Part shown: positions 39,800-47,894 of the stretch, piece after piece
Position numbering within the stretch: the first letter of the stretch is position 1
Layout of the letters: every line of letters starts with the position of its first letter
Assembly: GCA_902493375.1 (NCBI GenBank)
Contig: CABUPH010000011.1
Location: forward strand, 6,759-70,758
Direction: 5' to 3'
DNA: 64,000 bases
Source: an uncultured Collinsella sp.
GTDB lineage: Bacteria; Actinomycetota; Coriobacteriia; Coriobacteriales; Coriobacteriaceae
Program-made: the position numbers and the translations under genes
Notes under the pieces: model-generated
Seen by the model: only the letters and a program-made list of their open reading frames with translations
What the model was told of the DNA's origin: nothing
Databases searched by the model: none

Positions 39800-39924
39800 G
39801 CTGTCCGCATGGGGTAACTTCCCAGCGCACTCCGCAGGACGCAAAAAGGCTCGCCGCACAAAGTGCGCAGCGAGCCTTTTTGCATGTCCGAGGACGCGCT
39901 GGGAAGTTACCCCATGCGGACAGC
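39800..39924. repeat. NP125 nested palindrome, copy 1
   Basis: 29-nt perfect arms occupy 39800-39828 and 39896-39924. The 12-nt internal loops are ACTCCGCAGGAC and ATGTCCGAGGAC. The 14-bp inner stem is GCAAAAAGGCTCGC/GCGAGCCTTTTTGC, and the apical mini-hairpin is CGCAC-AAA-GTGCG. Confidence 0.9.
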
Positions 39925-39946
39925 GGACAACCTATGTAGCCTCAGA

Positions 39947-40678
39947 CTAGAACATGCCCAAGAAACCATGCACAAACAGCGCGGCCAGAGCGGCACCGAC
40001 AAACGGAGCGATGCCAGGAACGAGCAGGCCGTACTTCCAGTTGTTGTCAGCCTTGTTCTTGATCGGCAGCACCTGATAGGCCATGCGAGGACCAAGGTCA
40101 CGGGCCTGGTTCATGGCGAAGCCAGTGATACCGCCCATGCCCATGCCAACAGCCCAAACGATCAGACCGACGCAGATGGCGAGCATCAGGACGTTCTCGC
40201 CAGCACGGTTAGCAGCAGCAAGGATGGCGCTGATGAACACAAAGGTGCAGATAGCCTCGCAGAAGAAATTACGGGCATAGTTCGTACCCTCGGTGGTGGG
40301 GTTGGTCGAGAAGATATTGCGCTGGGCAATAGGGTCGACGACGCCTTCGGAAGCCTTGAACTCATCGGCATACATCAACCACGCGATCACGGCACCCGCA
40401 AAGCCGCCGAGCATATCGGCAATCATGAAGGGGATGCAGCTGCTCCACGGCACCAGGCCTACGATGCACTGGGCAAGCACCATGGCGGGGTTCATGCACA
40501 CGGCGCCGCCAAAGACAAACAGGCAAACCGAGATGCCAAAAGACCAGGTGGTGATGGCAAACATGTGGCCGGAGCCCTGATACTTGGTGCCCTTAAGCAC
40601 GGTATCGCAGTGCACGCCCACGCCAAAGATGATCATGAGGGCCGTTGCGCCGAATTCGCAGAGGAGTTTGGTAAGCAT
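39947..40678 (-). CDS. MIP-family channel (aquaglyceroporin; LarD/GlpF-like by context)
   Basis: 243 aa with six helices. The first NPA box is intact (CMNPAMV), while the second reads FAMNQARDLGPR. Confidence 0.9.
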   Translation of the reverse strand: MLTKLLCEFGATALMIIFGVGVHCDTVLKGTKYQGSGHMFAITTWSFGISVCLFVFGGAVCMNPAMVLAQCIVGLVPWSSCIPFMIADMLGGFAGAVIAWLMYADEFKASEGVVDPIAQRNIFSTNPTTEGTNYARNFFCEAICTFVFISAILAAANRAGENVLMLAICVGLIVWAVGMGMGGITGFAMNQARDLGPRMAYQVLPIKNKADNNWKYGLLVPGIAPFVGAALAALFVHGFLGMF

Positions 40679-40727
40679 AAAACCTTATCTTTCTTGTCGG
40701 TTATAAACGATTCGTTTAGGCCGCGTA

Positions 40728-42005
40728 CTAGTGCTGTGCGACGACAACGCCCAGGCCATCGGGAATGACGGCCACCTTGGCATCGGCACCCTTCATCTCA
40801 AAGGCGAGCTTGAGCGCCTCATCGAGGGTGTTAACCGGCGTCATGTGCATATCCTTGATCATCTGGTGATCGCACAGGTCGGTAACCATGATCACAGGGT
40901 GATGCGCCAGGATGCGGGCAAAGATCTGGCTCGTCCACTGGTCGGGCAGGGTCTCGTCCTTAGGACGGTCGATGCAGGCGCGCTCAAACTCTGCCGGATC
41001 ATTGTCGGCGATGTTGTGATAGAAACCCTCGCCACCGTGACCGTCGGCACAACCGGCGACATCGATGATCACGCCGCCCTCGGGAAGCGTAGCCTCGGCA
41101 GAGCACATGCCCTTCACGGCCTGATAGATGTTCTGGTCGAGCGGGTAGCCGTCGTTGGTGGTAATGGCAATCTCGCACTCGACGGGCTCAACGCCGGCAA
41201 GGCTCTTCACGAACTCGCAGCCAGCCTCGTGCGCCTTGTGGATGTCGCCGGCAAAGGAGCCGATGACCTCGTGCTTGCCGTTGAGCACCACGTTGAGCAC
41301 AAAGGCAAGGTGAGCCATCTCGGCAGCGGCAAACATGTCCTCGCTCACGTGGTTGTGGCACAGGTTGCCGGCACGCGAGTGGGAATCATTCACAAACTGA
41401 CCGTTGTGGTTATACATGATGGTCTTGTAGCTGGCGATGCCAGGCAGGACGGACTTACGGCTACCAGAGAAACCGGCAAAGAAGTGCGGCTCAATGAAGC
41501 CCTCGGCAAGCAGCAGATCACAATCGGCGGCAATCTTGTTGATGATGCACTCGCCACCAGAAGGCAGGGTGCCAATCTTTTTCATCATGCTGTCGTCAGT
41601 CGCGACGTGCATAACGATTTCCTCGTTGGCAACAATCTCCTCGCCATACTTGTTGACGAGTTCCTCGTGCGTCGACGGACGGTGCATACCCGTAGCAACC
41701 AAAATACGCACTCGAGCCTCGGGCGCAGCGGAATGGATGTGATGCAGCAGAATAGGCATCGTCACACACGAGGGAACGGGACGCGTATGATCGGAGCTAA
41801 TGATGACGATATCCTTCTTGCCAGCACAAAGCTCCTCGAGCGAAGGCGAGCCATAAGGGTTGGCAAGTGACTCCTCTACCAGCTCTTCCTGTGATTTTGT
41901 AGTCTTAAACTCGTTTTGATGACCTTCCATCACACCCGCAAAGTTCTTATCCTCGAGCTCCAGATGCAACGTCTTGTGGTCAAACGGCAGTTCACATTCA
42001 AACAA
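40728..42005 (-). CDS. larA: LarA family nickel-dependent 2-hydroxyacid racemase/epimerase (lactate racemase-like, DUF2088)
   Basis: 425 aa with ISSDHTRP, ATGMHRP, EPHFFAGFSGSRKS (the cofactor-tethering Lys context) and TNDGYPLDQNIYQ. Confidence 0.88.
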   Translation of the reverse strand: MFECELPFDHKTLHLELEDKNFAGVMEGHQNEFKTTKSQEELVEESLANPYGSPSLEELCAGKKDIVIISSDHTRPVPSCVTMPILLHHIHSAAPEARVRILVATGMHRPSTHEELVNKYGEEIVANEEIVMHVATDDSMMKKIGTLPSGGECIINKIAADCDLLLAEGFIEPHFFAGFSGSRKSVLPGIASYKTIMYNHNGQFVNDSHSRAGNLCHNHVSEDMFAAAEMAHLAFVLNVVLNGKHEVIGSFAGDIHKAHEAGCEFVKSLAGVEPVECEIAITTNDGYPLDQNIYQAVKGMCSAEATLPEGGVIIDVAGCADGHGGEGFYHNIADNDPAEFERACIDRPKDETLPDQWTSQIFARILAHHPVIMVTDLCDHQMIKDMHMTPVNTLDEALKLAFEMKGADAKVAVIPDGLGVVVAQH

Positions 42006-42222
42006 TGACGAGCGCCCTCTTCCTTTTCAACTGACACACTAGATAAACCGTTGGAAGGATACGCCGCTCACCGAAAAACACCACCGTCCACCGACTCATT
42101 AACACAACGTTCATATTTGACCCACAACAAAACGGCCACGATCCCAAACGGGACCGCGGCCGCAACAGTCGTAAGTCGAGAAGCGCCACATGCATCTCAA
42201 TCCCGATCGATAAGACGCGAAG

Positions 42223-42315
42223 CGCGAAGCGCGCCAGCTTTTCCCAGCCCGTAATCCGCCGAAGACCGGACATCGCAGGGACCACCATCAGCTTACTTTT
42301 AGGCACACTCCGCAT
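42223..42315. repeat. Direct repeat unit 1 (~93 nt) of a ~206-bp tandem duplication, containing a partial NP125 left arm
   Basis: CGCGAAGCGCGCCAGCTTTTCCCAGCCCGTAATCCGCCGAAGACCGGACATCGCAGGGACCACCATCAGCTTACTTTTAGGCACACTCCGCA is mostly identical by eye to 42429..42520. Confidence 0.8.
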
Positions 42316-42428
42316 TGGGCGCGAAGCGCACTTTAATCTCTTCAGCCCAATCCCCGAAGACCGAGGACGAAGGGACCCGATGGGTTTCCCTCTGAATGCA
42401 TTCCGCAGCACGAAGCCCTTTCCAAACG

Positions 42429-42520
42429 CGCGAAGCGCACCAATATTCCCCCAGCCAGTAATCCGCCGAAGACCGGACATCGCAGGGCCCGCCATTAGTT
42501 TACTTTTAGGCACACTCCGC
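42429..42520. repeat. Direct repeat unit 2, running into the complete NP125 copy 2
   Basis: CGCGAAGCGCACCAATATTCCCCCAGCCAGTAATCCGCCGAAGACCGGACATCGCAGGGCCCGCCATTAGTTTACTTTTAGGCACACTCCGCA. Confidence 0.8.
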
Positions 42521-42611
42521 AGGACGCAAGAAGCCCTCGCCGCACGAAGTGCGCAGCGAGGGCTTCTTGCATGTCCGAGGACGTGCCTAAAAGTAAACTA
42601 ATGGCGGGCCC
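42485..42611. repeat. NP125 nested palindrome, copy 2
   Basis: 29-nt perfect arms occupy 42485-42513 and 42583-42611, and their sequence is unrelated to the copy 1 arms. The internal loops ACTCCGCAGGAC and ATGTCCGAGGAC are identical to copy 1. The 15-bp inner stem is GCAAGAAGCCCTCGC/GCGAGGGCTTCTTGC, and the apical hairpin is CGCAC-GAA-GTGCG. Confidence 0.9.
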
Positions 42612-42632
42612 GGACGACTACAGGGCTATCGA

Positions 42633-45458
42633 TTACCCCGTGTTCTGCAATCCTGCCGAGACGCCGGTCACAGTCGAAAGAATCAGGCTCATGTACTCGG
42701 CCTTCTTCTCCTCGGCCATCTCGTCCTGATTCATGCGCACCTCGCGAAGGGCGCGGACCTGGGCGATGGACAGAGCGTCGACGTAGGGGTTACGCACGCG
42801 AACGGCGCAGCCGAGCACGCGACGACGCTGCAGCGGCCACTCATCACCGACGATGGCAAGGACCCACTTACGGGTGAGCTGCATCTCGGTAAAGACCTTC
42901 TTGGACAGATCATCGCGGTCGCCCAGATGCAGATACATCTTGGCGATGCGCTGATCGGTCTTAGCAATCGACATCTCGATGTTGTCGATAAAGGTGCGGA
43001 AGAACGGCCACTCCTGGTAGGCAGCCTTGAGCTGGTCAAGATCGCCAAGCTGCTCGCAGGCGGTGCCCAGACCGTACCAAGCGGCCAGGTTAATGCGCGC
43101 CTGGCTCCAGCTGAAGATCCACGGGATGGTACGCAGGTCATCGAGCGACTTGGCGCCCAGACCGCGCTTGGCGGGACGCGAGCCGATCGGCAGCAGACCG
43201 ACCTCGGTCAGCGGCGTCACGGTCGAGAACCACGGTGTAAAGTCCTCGGTGTTCAGCAGGTCCAGATAGCGTTCGTGGCTTGCAGTGTTGAGCTTCTCGG
43301 CCATATCCCAGAACTTCTGCGTGGTCTCGGTGTTGGTCTTCTCGACACTCGGGGCCGACTGCAAAAGCGTTGCGGCGGCAACGGACTCAACATGGCGCTG
43401 AGCCAGCGTGCGGTTGCCGTAACGGGCAAAGATGACTTCGCCCTGCTCGGTAAGCTTAAAGAAGCAGTTGACCGAACCCTTGGGCTGCGCCAGCACGGCC
43501 TTGTTGGCCGGGCCGCCGCCACGGCCCACGGCACCGCCGCGACCGTGCATGAGCACCAGGTCGATATCGTTCTTCTCTGCCCACTTGGCGATGCGCTCCT
43601 GCGCGGAGTGCAGCGCGAGCATGGCCGTGGTAGGACCGGCATCCTTGGAAGAGTCGGAATAGCCCAGCATGACCTCCATGCGGCGGTTGGTCTGGGCAAG
43701 GCGCTTTTGCACCACGGGCAGCGTAAGCATCTGATCGAGCACGTCGACGCAGCCCTCGAGGTCCTCGAGCTGCTCGAACAACGGGATCACGTCGAGCTCG
43801 GGGACATCCTCCTCGTGTGCAAAGGACAGGTGCGCCAGCTCAAAGACGTCGGCCACATGCTGAGCGCTCTTGGTAAACGAGATGATGTAGCGGTGCGCCA
43901 TCTTCTTGCCGTAGCGCTTTTGGATGGAGCCGATAGCGCGGAAGGTATCGATGACCTCGCGCGTCATGGGCTGCAGGTCGCCATGGATACCGTTCTCGTG
44001 GATATCCTTAAGGGCGCGGGCATGCACCACGGAGTGCTGACGGAACTCCATCTCGACCATGTGGAAGCCGAAGGACTCGACCTGCCAGATGATGGTTTGG
44101 ACCGGGCCGTAGGCAGCACGGACGGCACCGCAGGCGGCCAGCGAACGCTGGACGACGCGCAGGTCATCCAGGAACTCGTCGGCGCTGTGGTACATGGTGT
44201 CGGTGATACGACGGACGGTGGCGTTCAGGCGGTCGGCCATGACGAGCATGACGGCGCGATGCGGCTCGTGCTCGGAGATCAGCTCGGCGCGGGCCGTGTA
44301 ACGAGGGCTCATCTCGACCTGATGGTTCCACAGGTTAATGAGCTCGGCCGACGGCTTGCTGTAGGTAGCCTCGAGCGTGAGGTTGCGGCCGATGTGGCGG
44401 CACTTGTCCTCGAGCTTGAGCACCATGTGCGTAAAGTACTTGGCGGCGACCTCACGGCTCACCTTGGCGGTGACGTTGGGGTTACCGTCGCGGTCGGAAC
44501 CGATCCAGCTGCCGGGATGGAAGAACGCCGGGCACAGCGGCGGCACAGTACCGGCCTTGTCGCCCAGCACCCAATCGTCAAAACGACGATAGATAACGGG
44601 GATAACGTCGAACAGCGTGTTATCGAAGATGTCGATGATGGTATCGGCTTCCTCGACCGGCGTGGGCTTCTTGAGCGCGATGGGACTCGTACGCACCAGG
44701 GCGTCGATCTCCTGCAGCATATGGCGCTCGTTCTCCACCAGGTCGGAGCCGCCCAGACGCGGACGCTCCTCCAGCAGGTTGGAGATACGGCGGATCTTGC
44801 CCTCGACGGCCTTACGACGGGCCTCGGTGGGATGTGCGGTAAAGACAGGGTGGAACTCGAGCTTGTCGAGCAGCTCGTTGGCACCCTCGACACCCAGCTC
44901 ATTCACCAGCTGGTGATAGGCAACGGTAAGCTCGTTGGCAGGATCGACCTCGGTATCGGTCGACGCACCGGCCTCGCGCTCGCGCAGCTGCGCCACACGG
45001 TAGTTCTCCTCCGACAGGTTTGCCAGATGGAAAAAGCTCGTAAAGGCGCGAACGATGACCTGCTGCTTATCGAGCGGCAGGCTGTCGATCAAATCGACGA
45101 CCTCACGAAATGCCACGGCAGTGGGCTCGTCGGCGGTGGGCACGCCCTGCTCGTCGACGGCTTCGTCGGCAGCGCAGGTACCGGGGTTGCCGGCATTGAC
45201 CACAATCTCGGCTGTCAAAATCTTGTCGAACAGGTCCGCGATCTCGGGATCATACTCGCTAAGCACACGGCGCTCCAGGCGCAAGAACAGCGCCAGATTG
45301 TCGCGCAGCTCCTCGGGGATCTCGATCTCGGCGAGACGCTCCCTGGACTCGGCATTCGAGCCGATTCGGTTAACGAGGCGGTTGACCACGGCAGCGACGC
45401 GCGCCGCGGCTTCGGGTACAGACTGGTTGCTTAGGTTCTCAGCCACGTTTCCTCCCAT
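42633..45458 (-). CDS. ppc: Phosphoenolpyruvate carboxylase
   Basis: 941 aa with TAHPTE, GYSDSSKDAG, HGRGGAVGRGGGP and the C-terminal LQNTG. An alternative GTG start at 45446 has better SD spacing (GGGAGG-5 nt-GTG). Confidence 0.95.
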   Translation of the reverse strand: MGGNVAENLSNQSVPEAAARVAAVVNRLVNRIGSNAESRERLAEIEIPEELRDNLALFLRLERRVLSEYDPEIADLFDKILTAEIVVNAGNPGTCAADEAVDEQGVPTADEPTAVAFREVVDLIDSLPLDKQQVIVRAFTSFFHLANLSEENYRVAQLREREAGASTDTEVDPANELTVAYHQLVNELGVEGANELLDKLEFHPVFTAHPTEARRKAVEGKIRRISNLLEERPRLGGSDLVENERHMLQEIDALVRTSPIALKKPTPVEEADTIIDIFDNTLFDVIPVIYRRFDDWVLGDKAGTVPPLCPAFFHPGSWIGSDRDGNPNVTAKVSREVAAKYFTHMVLKLEDKCRHIGRNLTLEATYSKPSAELINLWNHQVEMSPRYTARAELISEHEPHRAVMLVMADRLNATVRRITDTMYHSADEFLDDLRVVQRSLAACGAVRAAYGPVQTIIWQVESFGFHMVEMEFRQHSVVHARALKDIHENGIHGDLQPMTREVIDTFRAIGSIQKRYGKKMAHRYIISFTKSAQHVADVFELAHLSFAHEEDVPELDVIPLFEQLEDLEGCVDVLDQMLTLPVVQKRLAQTNRRMEVMLGYSDSSKDAGPTTAMLALHSAQERIAKWAEKNDIDLVLMHGRGGAVGRGGGPANKAVLAQPKGSVNCFFKLTEQGEVIFARYGNRTLAQRHVESVAAATLLQSAPSVEKTNTETTQKFWDMAEKLNTASHERYLDLLNTEDFTPWFSTVTPLTEVGLLPIGSRPAKRGLGAKSLDDLRTIPWIFSWSQARINLAAWYGLGTACEQLGDLDQLKAAYQEWPFFRTFIDNIEMSIAKTDQRIAKMYLHLGDRDDLSKKVFTEMQLTRKWVLAIVGDEWPLQRRRVLGCAVRVRNPYVDALSIAQVRALREVRMNQDEMAEEKKAEYMSLILSTVTGVSAGLQNTG

Positions 45459-45703
45459 TCCTCCTTCTATGCACGTAACATGCGGTATTCATTATAGGCG
45501 CTTGAGAAATACTTTCGACACTGATTGCGCTTTACCACACAAAAGTATTTTCTGCATTGCAAAGGTTTTTGCCCTAAATGGTCGTATTTCTCGGTGGGCG
45601 GCATACGTAAACGGGGGCATTCCGCATAAAAGCGAAACACCCCCGTAACAATCGCTCTCCATGAGCAGGGCACGTTAGCAGGCCCGAAGCTCAAAAAGAT
45701 GCG

Positions 45704-47023
45704 CTACAGGCGCTCGCGAACCGCCTCGACGACGTTGTCCAGATCGGCGAGCACCTCGTCATGGCTCTGCATGTCGCGCACTTTGACCTTGCCGGCGGCA
45801 AGCTCGTCGCCACCCAGGACCAAGATGAGCTTGGCGCCTACCTTATCGGCTTGCTTAAACTGGGCCTTGAGCGAACGACCCTGATAGTCGGCCTCGGTCA
45901 CGATACCTGCGGCGCGAAGCTCCTGCGTAATGGCAAAGACGTTCTGACGCAGCTCCTTGCCGGCGTTGGCGACATAGACGCACGGGGCCTCATCGGCACC
46001 CAAATCGCTGCCAAAGGCCTGCAGGGCCAGCAGGGCGCGCTCAAAACCGACAGCAAAGCCGACGCCCGCCGTGGGCTTGCCACCCTCGAGCTCGACCAGG
46101 CCATCGTAGCGGCCGCCGCCGCCGATGGAGCCGACGCCGGCGCCAGGGGCCTCGACCTCAAAGACAGTACGGGTGTAGTAGTCCAGGCCGCGCACCAAGG
46201 TGGGATCCTCGACATACTCGATACCGGCGGCATCCAGATAGCGCTTGACCTGCTCGTAGTGCTCGCGGCACTCATCGCACAGGTTGTCACCCATCAGCGG
46301 AGCCTCGGCCATGATCTCGCGGCAGTGGTCGTTCTTGCAGTCGAAGGCACGCAGCGGGTTGAGCTCGGCGCGCTCGCGGCACTCGTCACACATCTCGTCT
46401 GCGTGATCGAGGATGAACTGCTTGACCTGCTCGCGGTAAGCCGGACGGCACTGGGCGTCACCCATCGAGTTGATGAGCAGACGAAGCTTGGAAAGATCGA
46501 AGCCCAGGCGCTTGTAGAACTCCATGAGCATGATGATGCACTCGGCGTCTGCCGCCGGATCGGGAGCGCCGAGCCACTCGATGCCCACCTGGTGGAACTG
46601 GCGCAGGCGGCCCTTCTGGGGACGCTCGCCGCGGAACATGGCCTCGGCGTAGTAAGCCTTAAACGGCGTGGAGCCCTGGGGCACCAGATTGTTCTCGACG
46701 ACGGCGCGCACCACGCCGGCCGTGCCCTCGGGGCGAAGTGCCAGGCGCTGCTTGGGCTTGAGTTTGGTGTCGGTGCCCTCGGTAAAGACGCGCTCCAGGT
46801 TGGCACCGCTGAACACGCGGAACATTTCCTTGCGCACGACGTCGGTCGACTGGCCGATACCGTGGACAAACACGTCAACCTGCTCGATCGCGGGCGTCTC
46901 GATGGGTTTAAAACCAAACGGCTCGAACACGCCGGCCGCAATCTGCTGCATCTTTTGCCAGGCGCGCATCTCGGCGCCGATAAGGTCGCGGGTTCCCTCC
47001 GCCTTCTGTGCCTGCATGGGCAA
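45704..47023 (-). CDS. hisS: Histidine--tRNA ligase
   Basis: 439 aa with GTRDLIGAE, class II motifs (FRGERPQKGRLRQFHQ, GGGRYD) and a C-terminal anticodon-binding domain. Confidence 0.95.
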   Translation of the reverse strand: MPMQAQKAEGTRDLIGAEMRAWQKMQQIAAGVFEPFGFKPIETPAIEQVDVFVHGIGQSTDVVRKEMFRVFSGANLERVFTEGTDTKLKPKQRLALRPEGTAGVVRAVVENNLVPQGSTPFKAYYAEAMFRGERPQKGRLRQFHQVGIEWLGAPDPAADAECIIMLMEFYKRLGFDLSKLRLLINSMGDAQCRPAYREQVKQFILDHADEMCDECRERAELNPLRAFDCKNDHCREIMAEAPLMGDNLCDECREHYEQVKRYLDAAGIEYVEDPTLVRGLDYYTRTVFEVEAPGAGVGSIGGGGRYDGLVELEGGKPTAGVGFAVGFERALLALQAFGSDLGADEAPCVYVANAGKELRQNVFAITQELRAAGIVTEADYQGRSLKAQFKQADKVGAKLILVLGGDELAAGKVKVRDMQSHDEVLADLDNVVEAVRERL

Positions 47024-47083
47024 ACACCTTTCTTTTGTATCGCGTCATAGGTAGTGGACATTATACGGCACAAAGCAGCAACG

Positions 47084-47141
47084 CGGCGGCGCGCCTGACC
47101 GAACGAGGGTATGGGGACTCGTTCGGCCAGACGCGCCGCCG
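47084..47141. repeat. Long hairpin H1 (24-bp stem, 2 mismatches)
   Basis: CGGCGGCGCGCCTGACCGAACGAG-loop-CTCGTTCGGCCAGACGCGCCGCCG. Confidence 0.7.
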
Positions 47142-47148
47142 CTGTATG

Positions 47149-47179
47149 TGATCCCTTTTCCTCCGCCCCCTTCGGATCA
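47149..47179 (+). repeat. HP31 hairpin repeat, copy 3
   Basis: TGATCCCTTTTCCTCCGCCCCCTTCGGATCA. Confidence 0.75.
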
Positions 47180-47181
47180 CG

Positions 47182-47212
47182 TGATCCCTTGGGGACGGAG
47201 GAAAAGAGATCA
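47182..47212 (-). repeat. HP31 hairpin repeat, copy 4 (inverted, 2 nt from copy 3)
   Basis: The reverse complement reads TGATCTCTTTTCCTCCGTCCCCAAGGGATCA. Together with copy 3 it forms a 64-nt super-palindrome. Confidence 0.75.
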
Positions 47213-47224
47213 TTTCGTAGACCC

Positions 47225-47284
47225 GTGGCCGCCTTGGAAACCGAATGATGGTACGAGCATCCATTCGGCTTCCAAGGCGGCCAC
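47225..47284. repeat. Long hairpin H3 (24-bp stem, 1-2 mismatches) behind the MFS fragment
   Basis: GTGGCCGCCTTGGAAACCGAATGA-12 nt-CCATTCGGCTTCCAAGGCGGCCAC. Confidence 0.7.
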
Positions 47285-47321
47285 GGACAGAACGGGACGA
47301 ACAGAAAAGAGCGACGGACGC

Positions 47322-47789
47322 CTACTCCCCCGCCACGCTTGCGCGCAGCTTGGCGGCGATGGGCTCCGAGGCCAGCAGGAATACGAGCATGACAACAGAA
47401 CACACCAGGCACACGATCCAGGCGCTCGCAAAGGAGCCCGAGACGGCAAAGAGCACATAGACCTGCCAAAGCTCACCCACAAAGCTCATGCCCGCGAGCA
47501 CCGCCGAGGTAGCGATAACGGTAAGCGAGCCCAATACGCGGCCACTCACCTTATCGGCAACATGACCGATAACGAGCGAACCCACGACACTCACCACGGT
47601 GGAGATGGCATTGGAGACGTTGTACTGCGCAAGGGAAATACCCAGGTTGCTGACGATCAGCGGCTGGAACAGGCTCATGCAGTTGACGAAAATCGTGTAA
47701 CACGTGGCCATGATCACGAAGCCGGAGGCCACCACGAGCCAGCCGGGGAAGAACTTACGCTGCTGGGGCATACTGCTCCTTTTAGACAA
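47322..47789 (-). pseudogene. N-terminal fragment (~4 helices) of an MFS transporter, probably a truncated gene remnant
   Basis: The 155-aa ORF begins like an MFS protein (FFPGWLVVASGFVIMATCYTIFVNCMSLF..GHVADKVSGR). It stops after about 4 helices, whereas full-length MFS proteins have 12. The remainder is replaced by the hairpin cluster at 47084-47284. Confidence 0.45.
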
Positions 47790-47894
47790 ACGAATAGCCT
47801 GCGCCGGGCGCCGGTAGTGCCCAAGATTGCCTTGAAAGACAAGGGCATAGGCCTTACGGCCATGCCCGCAGGCTTGAAAGGCAAGGTTGGGGTG

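Noticed and set aside
41998-42513. A 171-aa minus-strand ORF in the ppc-larA gap.
   Set aside because: Its sequence is a translation of the tandem repeat and palindromes, with the duplicated peptide VPKSKLM.PAMSGLRRITGW. It overlaps the larA start and has no SD.
45504-45553. An inverted repeat AGAAATACTTT..AAAGTATTTTCT in the AT-rich region upstream of ppc, considered as an operator.
   Set aside because: The arms are imperfect (one extra base). The region is AT-rich, so such matches are expected by chance. I have no supporting second copy.
47024-47320. A T-box leader upstream of hisS, and similarly upstream of aspS at 36403..36600.
   Set aside because: No T-box sequence (..GGTGGNACCGCG..) or specifier-loop arrangement is visible. 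The hairpins upstream of hisS are dispersed-repeat copies and lie upstream of the likely -10 box. The aspS leader is too short.
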